Source: an uncultured delta proteobacterium (lineage in GTDB: Bacteria > Desulfobacterota > Binatia > UBA9968). Taken from it: 64,000 nucleotides of DNA. Under the pieces are notes generated by a model. It was not told the DNA's origin, made no database searches, and saw only the letters and a list, made by a program, of their open reading frames with translations. Positions 61,648-64,000 of this stretch are shown here, one piece after another; within the stretch, counting starts at the first letter, position 1; the number at the start of each line of letters is the position of its first letter. The position numbers and the translations under genes were made by a program. The stretch covers positions 1 to 64,000 of the forward strand of contig CAVXEP010000035.1 of the NCBI GenBank assembly GCA_963760795.1, written 5' to 3'.

Positions 61648-64000
61648 TTATTTGACTTCTGGCTTGTCCGATTTGATCCGCTCCAAGCGGCGCACGAGCT
61701 CCGAGAAGGCGATACTTTGAGTATGGCTGACGATATTTACCGTCGGTGGCAACAAACTTCCCACCACCAGAAATTCTTTATCGCCTTGGGATTCCACGCC
61801 ATGCAAGGTTAGACGATCGTTTCTCAATGTCGCTTTGAAGCCCAGCTTGCTATAGCGAAAACTGTCGAAAAAACTGGCGAGCCCACCGTACAACGAGCCG
61901 GCTTCCTGGCCCGAGCTGAGCACGGTAATTTTATTCAACGCATCGACACTGATGCGTTGTTCGACGCCGCTGCGTTCCACCGAGTGCAGGTCGGCGCTCA
62001 ATTGCGACGGCTGGCCGTCGGTGATGACGAGATCGTCGACGCTGCCCTCCAAGATGCCTGAGATTCGGCCGAATGCAAAGGTCTTGGACAGTTGTTCGAG
62101 CTGGATCGATTCCAGCTTGGCGCTCATTTTAATCGACGCTAGCGCGGAAAACGGGTTGTCGATCTCCAGTTTGCTCAAACGGACGCGTCCGCCGAAAAGT
62201 TCAGCCTGGATCTCGCCGCGGGTGCGCAGCGTGTTACCGGCAGACTCGACTTCGGGGATGGCGCCGTTCAGCTGGCCGCTAAAGCGCGGCCAATCGAAGG
62301 CCTCGGTCAAATCTTGCAGTTGCAGCCGCTTGGTGTCGGCTGAAAATGTCACGGCTTTGGGATCGCGGATGATATCGGGCCATGAGACATTAATTAACTC
62401 GACCTCGCCACCGAAGACTGCGATACGCAAGGGCTGATGCAGCCGCAGCGCGTTGTTTGCAAGCGCGACGGTGGTCGTGATTGGCGCCAGCTGCTGGTTG
62501 CCGAATCGAGCGCGCCCGATGGACAGCAAGCCAAGCGCGGGTGTGGTCGCGATCTCAACCGGCCGATCGCTGAGGCTGATTTGAAACGGTAGCTGTAAAT
62601 TGATGGCGGCGAGCTGCCAATCATTCGATTTCGCATCGACCGCACCATTCTTCACAACCAGATTGCCGCTGGCCGCGAGCTGTTCGAGGGCGCCGTCGAC
62701 CTGCATTTGCATCGCTATCTGGCCGCTAACCGCCAGCTTATCGAGCAGTGGATATTGGCGCTTGAAAGTTTCACGCAGGAAGAATTCGAAAAAACCCCCA
62801 GGCGATAAATTGTCGCTGCGCGCCTGCAGGCGGAGCTGCGGTGTCCCGGTTACTTGCTCGATGCTGCCGGTGAGATTCACACGGCCCACGCTAGCGAGGG
62901 TCAGATCGCAGCGGCGGCATTGCAGGCGGTCGTTAGCGCGGAAATATTCGGCGTCGAGCAGCAATGCCGGTTTTTGGCTCTTGAGATCGCCAAAGAACTT
63001 TCCCCACAACAGTTCGCCGGCGGTGAAATTGAGTTTGGCGACTAGCGCTGTCGCGCCGCTTTCGGCATGGGCGGTTAATTCGACGCTGCCTTCGCCGGCT
63101 AAGCCTTCGCCGACTTTACTGTTGTCCGCTGAAGCAAACTGCCCGCCGGTCAATTTGACCTGTGCAGTGATTAACCCCGGCTTCTCTGGGTCGTAGCTAA
63201 TGGCGCGGATTTCGGCCTGCTCGACCGCGCTTTTGAGTTGGTCACTTCCTGCGAATGAAAACTTCTTGCCATCGACGCGGGCGTTTTGAATCGCCAGTTG
63301 GCCATTGCCCCAGCGAAACGGCGCTCTGAGCGAAAAACTTGCCAGGGCAAAGTTCGCCGCACGCACTTGAGCGGCGTCGCTGCGCACGTTGCCGTCGATT
63401 TCCAGCGCGCGCCATGGACCGTGAAGTTTCATCTCCAGCTCTCCCTGGCCTTGATAGTTCCATTGATTGAATGGCGCCGGCATGAACTTTTTTACGCTCT
63501 CCCAGTCGAGATTGCGCGCCACGATATGGCCATCGTTGATGCTGCCGATCGGCGTAAACGCCAGATTGCCCGCGGCTTCGGCGTTGCCCAGGTGCGAGCT
63601 TAGCGTAAGCGACTTGATGGTGATGGATTTGTTCGTCACGGAAAATTGCCCATTGGCGTTTGCTGCCGCCGGCGCGTCGCGAAGTTGCAACGCCACCGGA
63701 CTAATACTGTTGGGGAAGCCATAGAGGTCGAGCTGGCTGGTGAACGACCCGGCGGCGAAAGTTTTGTCTAAGGCAGCGCTGGCTTTCAGCTGGCCGGACA
63801 GTTCTTTTAGCCCCAGTTTGAGTTGGTTAAATTGCAGATCGACAGTCACATTCGGATCTTTTCCCGCTAGTGTCTGCAGCGTGGCCTCGGCTTGTAGAAT
63901 CGGCTTCGCCGCGGCATTACCCCGGTGAAACAGACCCGCGGCTGATTTCGGGTTGACCGTTGCGGTCAGCGCGACCTGGTTGACTTGCCATTGGATCGCA
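61648..64000 (-). CDS. YdbH/AsmA-like intermembrane protein (start probably beyond the window end)
   Basis: Beta-rich ORF directly upstream of ydbL, with a YdbH-like C-terminus (FGRISG, FRYSKLG). Confidence 0.75.
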   Translation of the reverse strand, partial: AIQWQVNQVALTATVNPKSAAGLFHRGNAAAKPILQAEATLQTLAGKDPNVTVDLQFNQLKLGLKELSGQLKASAALDKTFAAGSFTSQLDLYGFPNSISPVALQLRDAPAAANANGQFSVTNKSITIKSLTLSSHLGNAEAAGNLAFTPIGSINDGHIVARNLDWESVKKFMPAPFNQWNYQGQGELEMKLHGPWRALEIDGNVRSDAAQVRAANFALASFSLRAPFRWGNGQLAIQNARVDGKKFSFAGSDQLKSAVEQAEIRAISYDPEKPGLITAQVKLTGGQFASADNSKVGEGLAGEGSVELTAHAESGATALVAKLNFTAGELLWGKFFGDLKSQKPALLLDAEYFRANDRLQCRRCDLTLASVGRVNLTGSIEQVTGTPQLRLQARSDNLSPGGFFEFFLRETFKRQYPLLDKLAVSGQIAMQMQVDGALEQLAASGNLVVKNGAVDAKSNDWQLAAINLQLPFQISLSDRPVEIATTPALGLLSIGRARFGNQQLAPITTTVALANNALRLHQPLRIAVFGGEVELINVSWPDIIRDPKAVTFSADTKRLQLQDLTEAFDWPRFSGQLNGAIPEVESAGNTLRTRGEIQAELFGGRVRLSKLEIDNPFSALASIKMSAKLESIQLEQLSKTFAFGRISGILEGSVDDLVITDGQPSQLSADLHSVERSGVEQRISVDALNKITVLSSGQEAGSLYGGLASFFDSFRYSKLGFKATLRNDRLTLHGVESQGDKEFLVVGSLLPPTVNIVSHTQSIAFSELVRRLERIKSDKPEVK

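Overview
GC-rich bacterial DNA. The gene content (many solo solute-binding proteins, UbiD and split ThDP enzymes, YdbH/YdbL) suggests a Binatia/deltaproteobacterium-like genome; that assignment is an inference. About 15 genes between 0.5 and 43.5 kb are split by single-base frameshifts, most likely long-read or consensus errors. Layout: (1) 1-6.2 kb is an accessory patch with an SDR, a RelE/HigA-type TA pair, a Rieske oxygenase whose 3' 192 bp are duplicated 2.5 kb away, and an IS91/ISCR remnant whose oriIS end and outward promoter abut the oxygenase. (2) 6-37 kb and 46-49 kb form a catabolic 'cassette' region with 10 solute-binding proteins and no permease or ATPase, five heme-oxygenase-like (CADD/PqqC-fold) proteins with predicted diiron ligands in two subfamilies, three UbiD decarboxylases, two Bug-ComD/ComE-like modules, a Mo-enzyme large subunit, a GGT and an LLM oxidoreductase. 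(3) 36.8-46.2 kb holds a CHASE2 cyclase, a FecR-TPR-barrel receptor, two Cys-rich secreted paralogs and a DsbA-like protein. (4) 49-64 kb is core-like: FmdB, DLH, JAB, SLT, a fourth atypical UbiD, a spermidine-synthase fusion, proC and ydbL/ydbH. No UbiX, rRNA, tRNA or CRISPR array was seen. The best candidate for an undescribed system is the recurrent coupling of heme-oxygenase-like diiron proteins with UbiD enzymes and NMT1-type binding proteins.
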